Below are positions 1-11,389 of a DNA stretch of 64,000 bases, piece after piece. The stretch's first letter is position 1. Each line of letters begins with the position of its first letter. The notes under the pieces are model-generated. The model saw only the letters and a list, made by a program, of their open reading frames with translations. It had not been told where the DNA came from and made no database searches. Position numbers and translations under genes: made by a program. Where the stretch lies: assembly GCA_963514005.1 (NCBI GenBank), contig OY740823.1:1674001-1738000 (forward strand), in the 5' to 3' direction. This DNA comes from Raja brachyura. Lineage: Eukaryota.

Positions 1-1700
1 AGCTGGGAGTGGATGCGCAGGTAGGGGACCTTGTTAGTTTGGAACTTGGTCAGGACTACGTTGAGGGCACCGTCGAAACGCAGCGGGGCGGTGATCCGCG
101 CGAACAGGCGGTTGAGTTTAGTATCTGTTTGGCGCTCAATGTCTAAGTTCCGCGGGCACACGTCGTAAATGGCCTCGTTATCCACCGTGAAGGTGCAGTC
201 GGGGTGCTCCAGTGTGCAGTGGGTGACCAGCACCGCGTTGTAGGGCTCGACCACGGCGGTGGAAATCTGCGGCGCCGGGTAGATGGAAAACTCCAGCTTG
301 GATTTCTTGCCGTAGCCGACGGAGTTTCTCCATGAGGAGAAAAGTGAAGCCCGAGCCGGATCCGCCGCCGAAACTGTGGAATATGAGGAACGCCTGCAGT
401 CCGGTGCACTGGTCGGCCTAGGGGAAGAAAAGAGGCAACCATTGTATGAGTGACGGGATATAACGTTACTGAGCTCTCTGGCTATCTCTGAAGATGGGTA
501 CACGAAGATGGCACTGGGGCGAATGCGCGTTATTGCCTATTCGGGAACCGGCACCCAACACGTGCAGGCCAAACCGGGCGGCACTCGTGGCCCGTCACAT
601 GTGCCTGCATTTGTCCCATATCCGGCTCAATCCTCCTACCCAAATATGTGGCCAAATATCTTACGAAGGTCCAGCATGTCGCCTTTAAACTATCGCCCTT
701 TGCAGAAGTGAAAGGGCGATAGTTTAAAGGCGACATGCTGGAGTGCTTTTTGTAGACAGAGACTGGAGGGTTTGGTCGTTACAAAATTGAACTAGTCCCT
801 GAGACAGGGAGAAGCGACTCGAACTGGTGTATTGAGGGAGGAATTCCGGAAGCTCTATTGCAAATCCATCTACCACCTTGTTGATGCGATCCAGCACCAG
901 GTCCACGATCTCCTTGCGGATGGACAGTGGCTCGGGCATAGTTATGGGCCGCGTCCTCCTTTCCCTCAATTAGCTGCTCGGGGTGGAAGAGCTGCCGGTA
1001 AGTGCCGGTCCACACCTCATTTGTAGGGAGAGAGGAGCATAAATTGAAAATTAACCTGCACCACTTAACACGCCCCCTCCCCATATGTCAGGCCAGGGAT
1101 TGTGATAATGCACAACATATCAGCACTCTTCACCCTGCGGGACGTGCTTGCCCGCCCCCGTCTCGTTGAAGAAGGTGCTGAAGGAGTCGTCGTCGCCTCC
1201 GATGGTGTTGTCGCTGGGCATCTGTCCATCCGATTGAATCCCGTGCTCCAGACAATACAGCTCCCAACAAGCGTTGCCAATCTGGTACTCGACCTGGCCG
1301 ACGTGGACTGAAATACACTCACGCTGGAGGCGAGGAGAAATACAAGATGTCAATATTTACAATTACACCCAATTGACACCAGGGGGACTGGGGCCGTAAC
1401 AGCTGACGGATCACCTATCCCTTCCCAATTGTAATGGATATTTTCCAGGCCACTAGGTTCGCCAATAAATGCGAACATAAAAAAAACAAAACACACGATG
1501 AATATTGTGGGGGCAAAGTAAAGCTGCGGATGAGGAACCAATGTGTCCATGTACTACTTGGATGCCATCTCGCACAGCGACACCTCCGTTCATGGTGTGA
1601 ATGGGAACTCCGGCAACAGATAAAACCGGACGTGAAAGGTGTTTGTTGAGCGCTCCGCTGTGCAGCGATCGCCCCCCAGCAATGAGATGCCCGGCTCGAT
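1..1700 (-). pseudogene. tuba: Alpha-tubulin pseudogene (copy A); exon 1 and promoter lost; continues off the left edge of the window
   Basis: Exon 2 (~1136-1323, [28 protein letters not shown]) lacks its 3' end and donor. Exon 3 (~874-1020) and exon 4 (417 to <1) carry frameshifts and deletions. 1330-1700 aligns by eye to intron 1 of the intact gene at 50692-51103 and breaks off at an insertion near 1706. Confidence 0.9.
670..742. repeat. Perfect 32-bp inverted repeat with 9-nt loop
   Basis: TCCAGCATGTCGCCTTTAAACTATCGCCCTTT (670-701) is the exact reverse complement of 711-742. Confidence 0.95.
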
Positions 1701-2774
1701 GGAACGCTCGAGCTAGAGTTAGGATTAGGATTGGGGTTAGGATTAAGATCAGTCAGTCGGTCGGGTTGTCGGCCCGCCGGTAGATGCTGCGAGGGGTCGG
1801 TCGGGCTGTCGATAGGCCAGTAGGTGCTGCGGGGGGTCGGTCGAACTGTTGGCCGTCCGGTGTTGCAGCGAGCGAGTGGGTGGACTGACGGAGACGGTGC
1901 TGTGGGCGTGTTGATGGCGGCCCGGGCAGCGTGCAGGGCAGTGCTGCTCCCACCATCATCACCATGATGCTGGTCGAGGTGGACGCACTTGGTGGCCACA
2001 CGTACGGAGCCCGGAGCCGGTACCAAAGCGGCTCCAGGTCCATCCGTGGGCAGCTCTGGGAGGGGGGCGAGTTAGGGTTAGGCATTTTCCTCTCAGTATA
2101 AGATGCCTTAGCTTTCCCACAGCCTGGCACTGCCCCAGTCCCACTATGTCCGTGACCGCACTCTGCATACTGGCAGTCAGTGGGGTTCAGTAAACGATGG
2201 GATGCACAGGATCTGCACTCACCCATTAATTAGGCGGGCTCAGTAGCCGGTGAAACGCGGGACCTCTGCGGCATTCTCACTTAACAGACACACTCACAAT
2301 TATATTCATTATATAATTTGTATATAACATAATTATATAATTGTATATAACTCCAGTCATATTCACGTCATATATATACATATATTACTAAAATTCTGAT
2401 CTTGACCACTTCCTGTTGATCTGTATACTGATTTTAGAAGAAAAACGCTGCCACTCACGGCTATGATTTTTAGCCGTCTTACTCAGAGTACCTCTCCGCT
2501 GTGCAGGTCAAGAGGATTTTACCCATCGATGAAAAATAAAACACTTATTAGTGTTTAGAAAAAGTTGAGATCCTCTCTGCTGAAGGCCACGCCCCTTCCG
2601 GAGGGATTTTAAAACCCGGAAGTTTTGAGTGCCTCAGTGAGTCTTTGCATGATGGGGGAGCGAGAGGGTCACGTTTCTCAGTCTGAGGTGTGAATAACAC
2701 TGAACACATGTCCACTAAACTGTGAGTGTGCTTTAGTGAACTTGTGTGCCCTAATGTGGTTTGAAAATGAAAAT

Positions 2775-3085
2775 GTGGTTGGTTTGAATTAAAGCACAGC
2801 AAATGGTTGCTGGTGGTGGTTGGTTTGAAATAAAGCACAGCAAATGGTTGTTGGTGGTGGTTGGTTTGAAATAAAGCACAGCAAATGGTTGTTGGTGGTG
2901 GTTGGTTTGAAATAAAGCACAGCAAATGGTTGCTGTTGGTGGTTGGTTTGAAATAAAGCACAGCAAATGGTTGTTCCTGGTGATTGGTTTGAAATAAGGC
3001 ACATAAAATGGTTGTTGGTGGTGGTTAGTTTGAAATAAAGCACAGCAAATGGATGTTGGTGGTGGTTGGTTTGAAATATAGCACA
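2775..3085. repeat. 41-bp tandem repeat, about 7.5 copies
   Basis: Unit AAATGGTTGTTGGTGGTGGTTGGTTTGAAATAAAGCACAGC starts at 2801, 2842, 2883, 2924 and onward. Confidence 0.95.
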
Positions 3086-3489
3086 TGATTCAACTTCTAA
3101 ACTCGACAACATCCTGTATGCACTGTGTATTGATTACAGATAAAACGCTACCACTTACGGCTCTGATTTTTGACCATCTTCCTCAGTCCCCCTCCGCTCA
3201 ACAGTTGCAGGGGATTCATCCCACCAATGGAAAATAAAAGTGTTATTAGTGTAAAAAAATTTTGAGAACCTCTCTCCTGTCAATCACGCCATGAAGGCCA
3301 CGCCCCTTCCGGTGGGAGGGGGAGGGATGATAAAACCCGGAAGTGCGGGTGTGGCTCAGTCTCTGCAAGATGGGGGAGGGAGAGGCCACGAGTCTGAGCT
3401 GTGAATCAACGGAACGCACTGAATGTCTACTGAACCGTGATTGTGGTGTTTATGTAGGGGATTGTGTGGTTTTATGGTGGTTTTATGGT

Positions 3490-5320
3490 GGTTTCACCCT
3501 GCTTGAAATGGTATGAAACTGCATTGAAATGTGGAGGCGTTGCACCCTCCTTGAAATGGTATGAAAGTGCACTTGAATTTGGTTGTCTTGCACCCTGCTT
3601 GGTGGTATGGAACTGCACTTGCATTTGGTGGCCTCGTACCCAGCTTGAAGTGCCATGAAACTGCACTTGAATTTGGTGTCCTTGCACCCTGCTTGAAGCG
3701 ACATTAAACTGCACTTGCATTTGGTGGCCTTGCACCCAGCTTGAAGTGCCATGAATCTGCACTTGAATTTGATGGCCTTGCACCCTACTTGAAGTGGCAT
3801 GAAACTGCACTTGAATTTGGTGGCCGTGCACCCCGCTTGAAGTGGTACTAAACTGCACTTGAATTTGGTGGCATTGCGCCCTGCTTGAAGTGGACGGAAC
3901 TACACTTGAATTTAGTGGCCTTGGACCCTGCTTCAAGTGGCATGAAACTGCACTTCAATTTGGTGGCCTTCCACCCTGCTTGGTGGCATGGAACTGCACT
4001 TGAATTTGGTGTCCTTGCACCGTGCTTGAAGTGGTAAGATACTGCACTTGAATTTGGTGGCCTTGCACCCTGCTTGAAGTGGTCTGAAACTGCACTTGAA
4101 TTTGGTTGTATTGCACCCTGTTTGAGGTGGAATGGAACTGCACTTCAATTTGGTGGCCTTCCACCCTGCTTGAAGTGATATGAAACTGCACTTGAATTGC
4201 ACCCTGTTTGAGGTGGAATGGAACTGCACTTGAATTTGGTGGCATTGCACCCTGTTTGAAGTGGACGAAACTGCACTTGAATTTGGTGGCCTTGCACCCT
4301 GCTTGAAGTGACATGAAACTGCACTTCAATTTGGTGGCCTTCCACCCTGCTTGAAGTGATATGAAACTGCCCTTGAATTTGGTGGCCTTGCACTCCGCTT
4401 GCAGTGATACTAAACTGCTCTTGTATTGCACCCTGTTTGAGGTGGTATGGAACTGCACTTGAATTTGGTGGCCTTGCACCCTGCTGGAAAAGGAATTTCA
4501 AGGAATAGCCGTGAGTCAACTGCCAGCCCACCAGCCGTGAGTGAGCTGCCAGCACCTCAGGCTTGAGTGACTGAGCTGCCTCCCCAAGAATCCATTTGGC
4601 CACAATGTCCAGCATCACACGGGAGGGCTGGTCCCCCAACACAACAGTGCACCTCTCCATCAATTCGAATATTGTTGGCCAGTGGGTTGGGGGGGGGGTG
4701 GCTCTCCGGAGCGCTAGCATGCTCTTGTGGGCTAAAGGGACTCGGTTGCAGAGGGCTTGTAACACACACACATGGACGCACGCGCGAGGGAGAGTCGTGG
4801 CCTCTTCCATTCAATCTTACAGAGTGACAGAGCGACGTCCAGGCATCCAGGTTTTTTTTTTTCAGGGTTTGCACCCCGCTTGAAGTGGTACTAAACTGCA
4901 CTGGAATTTGGTGGCCTTGCACCCTGCTTGAAGTGGCATGAAACTGCGCTTAAATTTGGTGGCCTTGCACTCTGCTTGAAGTGATCGGAAACTGCCATTG
5001 AATTTGGTGGCCTTGCACCCTGCTTAAAGTGGCATGAAACCGCACTTGAATTTGATGGCCTTGCACCCTGCTTGAAGTGGCATGAAACTGCATTTGTGTT
5101 TGGTTGCCTTTACACTCTGCTTGAAGTGGCAGGAAACTGCACTTGAATGCGTCGGCCTTGCACCCTGCTTGCAGTGGTCGGAAACTGCTCTTGAATTCGG
5201 TAGCATTGCACCCTGCTTGAAGTGCTAAGATACTGCACTTGAATTTGGTGCCCTTGCACCCTGCTTGAAATTGCAGGAAACTGCATTTGAGTTTGGTGGC
5301 CTTGCACCCTGCTTGAAAAG
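3490..5320. repeat. 48-bp tandem satellite in two arrays (~3490-4485 and ~4865-5315), each followed by a duplicated ~370-bp block
   Basis: Unit GAAACTGCACTTGAATTTGGTGGCCTTGCACCCTGCTTGAAGTGGCAT. The block GAAAAGGAATTTCA...CCAGGCATCCAGG occurs at ~4485-4850 and ~5315-5675. Confidence 0.93.
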
Positions 5321-6011
5321 GAATTTCAGGGAATAGCCGTGAGTCAACTGCCAGCGCACCAGCCGTGAGTGAGCTGCCAGCATCTCAGGCTTGAGTGACT
5401 GAGCTGCCACCCGAAGAGTCGATTTGGCCCACAATATCCAGCATCACACGGGAGGGCTGGTCCCCCAACACAAAAGTGCACATCTCCACCAATTCGAATA
5501 ATGTTAGCCAGTGGGGGAGGGTGACTTTCTGGGACGCTAGCATGCTGTTGTAGGCCAAAGGGACTCGTTTGCAAAGGGCTAGTAACACACACACACGCAC
5601 GCACGCGCGATGGAGAGCCGTGGCCTCTTCCTCGCAATCGTGCAAAGTGACTGAGTGACGTCCAGGCATCCAGGGTTTTATAGTCATGCCCCCCCCCCCC
5701 CCCGGAGGGGCGTTACCTTCATCGCGGTGATTTACAGGCGGGTGGATCACAAGGATTTTTAAACACTCATAACTTTTTTATTTTTAATCGATGGAAAAAA
5801 CCTCGGGACCTGCTCAGCGGAGGAGGACTGAGAGTAAGATGGCCAAAAATCATAGCGATATATGGTAACGGTTTTCCTAAAATCAATATACTGCGCAGAC
5901 AGGAAGTGGTTGATGAGACCTTTAATTATATATATATATTTAAACCATATATATACACACATGCACACATCCATACATACATACATACATACATGTATAT
6001 ATATATATATA

Positions 6012-6825
6012 TAGAGTGCGCCGTCCTGTATGGTATGGCTGCCCAGCCTGCAGCTATTTGTTTTTCACTCTTTTTTATTTTTAGTGAATTTTAGGTTTTG
6101 TTTTTGGAGTTCTAATCTTTTTTAAGTGGGGGGTGGAGGGAGAAACTACTTTTCAGGGTCCCTACCTGGTCGGAGAGGCAGCTTTTCTCCGGGCTGCACT
6201 TTCGACCCGTCCTCGCGGCCTTCCAGCGGGCCTGGAGCGGCGTTTCCTGAGGGGACCACGCAGAACTTCGGCTACGGCGGCAGCACAGCGCTGGAGCGCT
6301 ATCGCGGAGCGGGCGATGCCTTGCCTGGGTCGCCGCGCTGGAACTCCGCTGAGCAGAGACTGCCATGAAAAAGCATCGCGGAGCTGCGGGTCTGTGTAGC
6401 GGCCAGCTACGGGCGGCGGCGCTGACTTGAACATCGGGAGCCAGTGGTGGAGCTCCATCCAGCGCTGCCTTGTTGGCTTCGGAAGCCGCGGACTCCGGTC
6501 AGGAAGCGGCCGTTCCAGGTGTCCCAAGCCGCTGAGAGGATTCTCCCGACGACGGAGCACCATCACCCTGCGAGAACGGCCTGGAACATCTGGCCTCCGT
6601 GAAGGCGACTGAAGAGGCCTCAATAGGCCCGACTATGGGTGGACATGGGACTACGGGAGTGGACATTGTGCCTTCCCTCATAATGGAAACCATTGTGGGG
6701 GGGATGTTTTTCATGTTTAAATCTCTTTATTATTGTTATGTCTGTATTCTTTTTTAAGTGCTGCCTTGCCAAGAAGCATTTCACTACACCAATTGGTGTA
6801 TGCGGCCAATAAACTAACCTTTGAT
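6012..6825 (+). repeat. Interspersed repeat, probably a non-autonomous retroelement
   Basis: GC-rich body ending ...AAGCATTTCACTACACC...CAATAAA, flanked by (TA/TG)n microsatellites. It shares the motif GAGGCCTCAA(A)TAGGCCCG with 36793-36812, and its 5' layout resembles 61830-62000. Confidence 0.5.
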
Positions 6826-6874
6826 GTGTGTATGTATGTATATGTGTGTATGTATGTATGAATGTGAGCATGTA

Positions 6875-7205
6875 AAGTACAGGTAAAGTGAGCTAAAGGT
6901 AAAGTGAGCTAAAGGAAAAGTGAGTTAAAGGTAAAGTGAGCTAAAGGTAAAGTGAGTTAAAGGTAAAGTGAGTTAAAGGGTTCAGTGAGCAAAAGGGTTC
7001 AGTGAGCTAAAGGGTTCAGTGAGCTAAAGGGTTCAGTGAGCTAAAGGTACAGTGAGCTAAAGGTAATGTGAGCTAAAGGTACAGTGAGTTAAAGGTAAAG
7101 TGAGTTAAAGGTATAGTGAGCTAAAGGGTCAGTGAGCTAAAGGGTACAGTGAGCTAAAGGGTACAGTGAGCTAAAGGGTTCAGTGAGCTAAAGGGTACAG
7201 TGCTT
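6875..7205 (+). repeat. 16-17 bp minisatellite (AAAGGTAAAGTGAGCT)n, probably the 5' UTR of the adjacent CR1
   Basis: About 19-20 tandem units directly upstream of the CR1 ORF1 ATG at 7277. Confidence 0.85.
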
Positions 7206-10200
7206 TTAGTAAAGGTTAGATTAAAGGGTTAGGATTTTTATAGTGTGAGTGAGTTGACTTAATTTGGGGGCAAGCCATGTCATTTGAGATCGGCCCCATG
7301 GTTTGCTCATCCTGCAACATGTGGGAGATCAGGGATATGGTCGATGTCCCTGGTGACTACATTTTCAGGAAGTGTGTCCAGCTGCAGCTCCTGGCAGACC
7401 GCATTGAACGATTGGAGCTGCGGTTGGATTCATACTGGAGCATCCACGATGCTGTGAAGCTCGTGAATAGCACGTACAGTGATTTAGTCACACCGCAGGT
7501 TAAGCGGCCAGAAAGGGAACGGGTGGCCATTAGCCAGTGCAGCAGTTGGCAGGTAGTGCAGGAGTCCCCTGCGGTCATCTCCCTCCTAAACACATATACC
7601 ATTTGGGATACGGTTGGGGGAGATGGCTCATCAGGGGAAGGCAGCAGCAGCCTAGTTCATGGCACCATTGGTGGCTCTGCGGCACAGGAGTGGAGAAAGA
7701 AGATTTTGAAGAGCTATTGTAATAGGGGATTCAATAGTAAGAAGAATAGATAGGCGTTTCTGTGGCCGCAAACGAGACTCCAGGATGGTATGTTACCTCC
7801 CTTGTGCAAGGGTCAGGGATGTCACTGAACGGCTGCAGGACATTCTGCAGGGGCCAGGGTGAACAGCCAGCTGTCGTGGTGCACATTGGCACCAACGATA
7901 TAGGTAAAACACGGGATGCGGTCCTACAAGGTGAACATAGGGAGCTAGGAGATAAACTTAGAAGTAGGACCTCAAAGGTAATAATCTCCGGACTCCTACC
8001 AGTGCCACGTGGTAGTCAGAGTAGAAATAGGAGGATATTGCAGATTAATACGTGGCTTGAAAAATGGTGCAAGGGGGTAGGATTCAAATTTCTCGGGCAT
8101 TGGAACCAGTTCAGGGAAAGGTGGTACCAGTACAAACAGGACGGTCTGCACCTGGGCTTGAAGGGAATCAATGTCCTTGGGGGAGTGTTTGCTAGTGCTG
8201 TCAGGGAGGATTTAAACTAATGTGGCAGGGGGATGGGAGCATGAGCAGAGAGACAGAGGGGTGTAAAATGAGGGTGGAAGCAATAGGGAGCAAGGTGAAA
8301 AGTAAAAGTGGCAGCCAGAACAATCCAGGGCAAAAATCAAAAAGAGCCACGTTTCAACATAATTGTTTAAGGGGTAAGAGTGTTGTAAAAACAAGCCTGA
8401 AGGCTTTGTGTCTTAATGCAAGGAGCATTCGTAATAAGGTGGATGAGTTGAATGTGCAGATAGTCATTAATGAATATGATATAGTTGGGATCACGGAGAC
8501 ATGGCTCCAGGGTGACCAAGGCTGGGAGCTGAACATCCAGGGATATTCAATATTCAGGAGGGATAGACTGAAAGGAAAAGGAGGTGGAGTAGCGTTGCTG
8601 GTTAGAGAGGAGATTAACGCAATAGAAAGGAAGGACATTATCTTCGAGGATGTGGAATCGATATGGCTAGAGCTGCGAAACACTAAGGAGTAGAAAACGC
8701 TAGTGAGAGTTGTGTACAGGCCACCTAACAGTAGTAGTGGAGTTAGTGATGGCATCAAACATGAAATTAGAAATGCGTCTAATAAGGGAAAACAGTTATA
8801 ATGGGTGACTTCAATCTACATATAGATTAGGTGAATCAAATTGGCAGGGGTGCTGAGGAAGAGAATTTCTTGGAATGTATGCGGGATAGTTTTCTAAACC
8901 AACATGTGGAGGAACCAACGAGAGAGCAGGCTATTCTAGACTGGGTACTGAGTAATGAGGAAGGGTTAGTTAGCAGTCTTGTTGTGCGTGGCCCCTTGGG
9001 GAAGAGTGACCATAATATGGTTGAGTTCTTCATTAGGATGGAGAGTGACATTGTTAATTCAGAAACAAGGGTTCTGAACTTAAAGAAAGGTAACTTTGAG
9101 GGTATGAGACGCGAATTGGTCAAGATAGACTGGCAAGTGATTCTTAAAGGGTTGACCGTGGATATGCAATGGGAGGCATTTAAAGACTGCATGGATTAAC
9201 TGCAACAATTGTTCATCCCAGTTTGGCAAATTAATAAATCAGGGAAGGTAGTGCATCCGTGGATAACAAGGGAAATCAGGGATAGCATCAAAATCAAAGA
9301 TGAAACACACAAATTAGCCAGAAAAAGCATCCTACCTGAGGACTGGGAGAAATTCAGAGTCCAGCAGAGGAGGACAAAGTGATTAATTAGGAAAGGGAAA
9401 GTAGATTATGAAAGAAAATTCGCACGGAACATAAAAACGGACTGCAAAGGTTTTTGTAGATATGTGAAGAGAAAAAGGTTAGTTAAAACAAATGTAGGTC
9501 CCTTGCAGTCAGAAAATGGTGAATTGATATGGCAGACCAATTGAATAACAACTTTGGTTCTGTCCTCACGAAGGAAGACATAAATAATCTGCCGGAAATA
9601 GCAGGAGACAGGGGGTCAAATGAGATGGAGGAACTGAGTGAAATCCAGGTTAGCCGGGGAGTGGTGTTAGGTAAATTGAATGGATTAAAGGCCGATAAAT
9701 CCCCAGGGCCAGATAGGCTGCATCCCAGGGTACTTAAGGAAGAAGCCCCAGAAATAGTGGATGCATTTGTGATACTTTTTCAAAACCTTTTAGAATGTGG
9801 AGTAGTTCCGGTGGATTGGAGTGCAGCTAATGTAACCCCACTTTTTTAAAAGGGTGGGGTAGAGAGAAAACGGGGAATTACAGACCAGTCAGTCTAACAT
9901 CGGTAGTGGGGAAAATGCTAGAGTCAGTTATTAAAGATGGGATAGCAGAACATTTGGAAAGCGGTGAAATTATTGGAGAAAGCCAGCATGGATTTATGAA
10001 AGGTAAATCGTGTCTGACGAATCTTATAGAATTTTTTGAGGGTGTAACTAGTAGAGTGGATACGGGAGAACCTGTGGATGTGTTATATCTGGACTTTCAG
10101 AAGGCTTTCGACAAGGTCCCACATAAGAGATTAGTATGCAAACTTAAAGCACACGGTATTGGGGTTCAGTATTGATGTGGATAGAGAACTGGTTAGCAGA

Positions 10201-11285
10201 CAGGAAGCAAAGAGTAGGAGTAAACGGGTAATTTTCAGAATGGCAGGCAGTGACTAGTGGGGTACCGCAAGGCTCAGTGCGGGGACCCCAGCTATTTACA
10301 TTATATTTTAATGATCTGGATGGGGGAATTGAATGCAACATTTCCAAGTTTGCGGATGACACGAAGCTGGGGGGCATAGTTAGCTGTGAGGAGGATGCTA
10401 GGAGGCTGCAAGGTGACTTGCATAGGTTGGGTGTGTGGGTAAATGCATGGCAGATGCAGTATAATGTGGATAAATGTGAGGTTATCCACTTTGGCGGCAA
10501 ACCAGGAGGGTAGATTATTATCTGAATGGTGGCCGATTAGGAAAAGATGAGATGCAACGAGATCTGGGTGTCATGGTACACAATAATTGAAAGTAGGCAT
10601 GCAGGTGCAGCAGGCTGTGAAGAAAGCGAATGGTCTGTTGGCATTCATAGCAAAATGATTTGAGTACAAGAGCTTGGAGGTTCTACTGCAGTTGTACAGG
10701 GTCTTGGTGAGGCCACAGCTGGAGTATTGCGTACAGTTTTGGTCTCCTAATCTGAGGAAAGACATTCTTGCCATAGAGGGAGTACAGAGATGGTTCACGA
10801 GACTGATTCCTGGGATGGCAGGACTTCCATATGATGAAAGACTGGATAGACCCGGCTTGTACTCGCTGGATTTAGGAGATTGAGGGGGGATCTTATAGAG
10901 TCTTACAAATTTCTTGGGGGGTTGGACAGGCTAGATGCAGGAAGATTGTTCCGATATTGGGGAGCTCCAAAACAAGGGGTCACAGTTTAAGGATAAGGGG
11001 GAAGTCTTTTAGGACCGAGATGAGAAGATCTTTTTTCACACACAGAGTGGTGAGCTTGTGGAATTCTCTGCCACTGAAGCTAGTTGAGGCCAGTTCATTG
11101 GCTATCTTTAAGAGGGAGTTAGATGTGTCCCTTGTGGCTAAAGGGATCCGGGGGTATGGAGCGAAGGCAGGTACAGGATACTGAGTTGGATGATCAGCCA
11201 TGATCATATCAAATGGCAGTGCAGGCTCGATGGCCCGAATGGCATACTCCTGCACCTAGTTTCCATGATTCTATGATTTTATGTG
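6875..11285 (+). mobile_element. Full-length degenerate CR1 LINE (ORF1 zinc finger/leucine zipper plus SGNH esterase; ORF2 APE endonuclease plus RT)
   Basis: ORF1 7277-8220 has CSSC, IVIGDSIVR and VVVHIGTND motifs. ORF2 8220-11184 has LNARSI, GITETW, SDHN, YLDFQKAFD, GVPQGS and FADD, broken by stops and frameshifts. The 3' tail is (TTCTATGA)-like at ~11260-11285. Confidence 0.93.
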
Positions 11286-11389
11286 TGTGTATATATATGG
11301 CTTATATAGACCGCAGCACGGAATTAGCCTTCCATAAACTAATATGAGCATTGGCCACTAGATGACGCTAACTTTTTAACTTAATTAAT

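Larger units (their letters stand above)
2381..5932. mobile_element. Non-autonomous element with ~190-bp imperfect terminal inverted repeats and internal satellite arrays
   Basis: 2381-2573 (TATATTACTAAAATTCTGATCTTGACCACTTCCTG...) matches the reverse complement of ~5743-5932. The left arm recurs directly at ~3095-3480. Both ends abut TA-rich microsatellite. No transposase ORF. Confidence 0.7.

Noticed and set aside
1712-2082. TTAGGG-like hexamers as an interstitial telomere
   Set aside because: Only a few degenerate units (TTAGGA, TTGGGG, TTAGGG) inside an insertion; more likely part of a repeat element.
2548-4479. Repetitive ORFs (QPPPTTICCALF..., SSRVQGHQIQVQF...) as genes
   Set aside because: They are open in several frames simply because the repeat units lack stop codons; no promoter or splice evidence.
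2775-5320. Regular 41-bp and 48-bp arrays as a CRISPR-like locus
   Set aside because: Units are contiguous with no unique spacers, there are no cas genes, and the context is vertebrate; they are tandem satellites.
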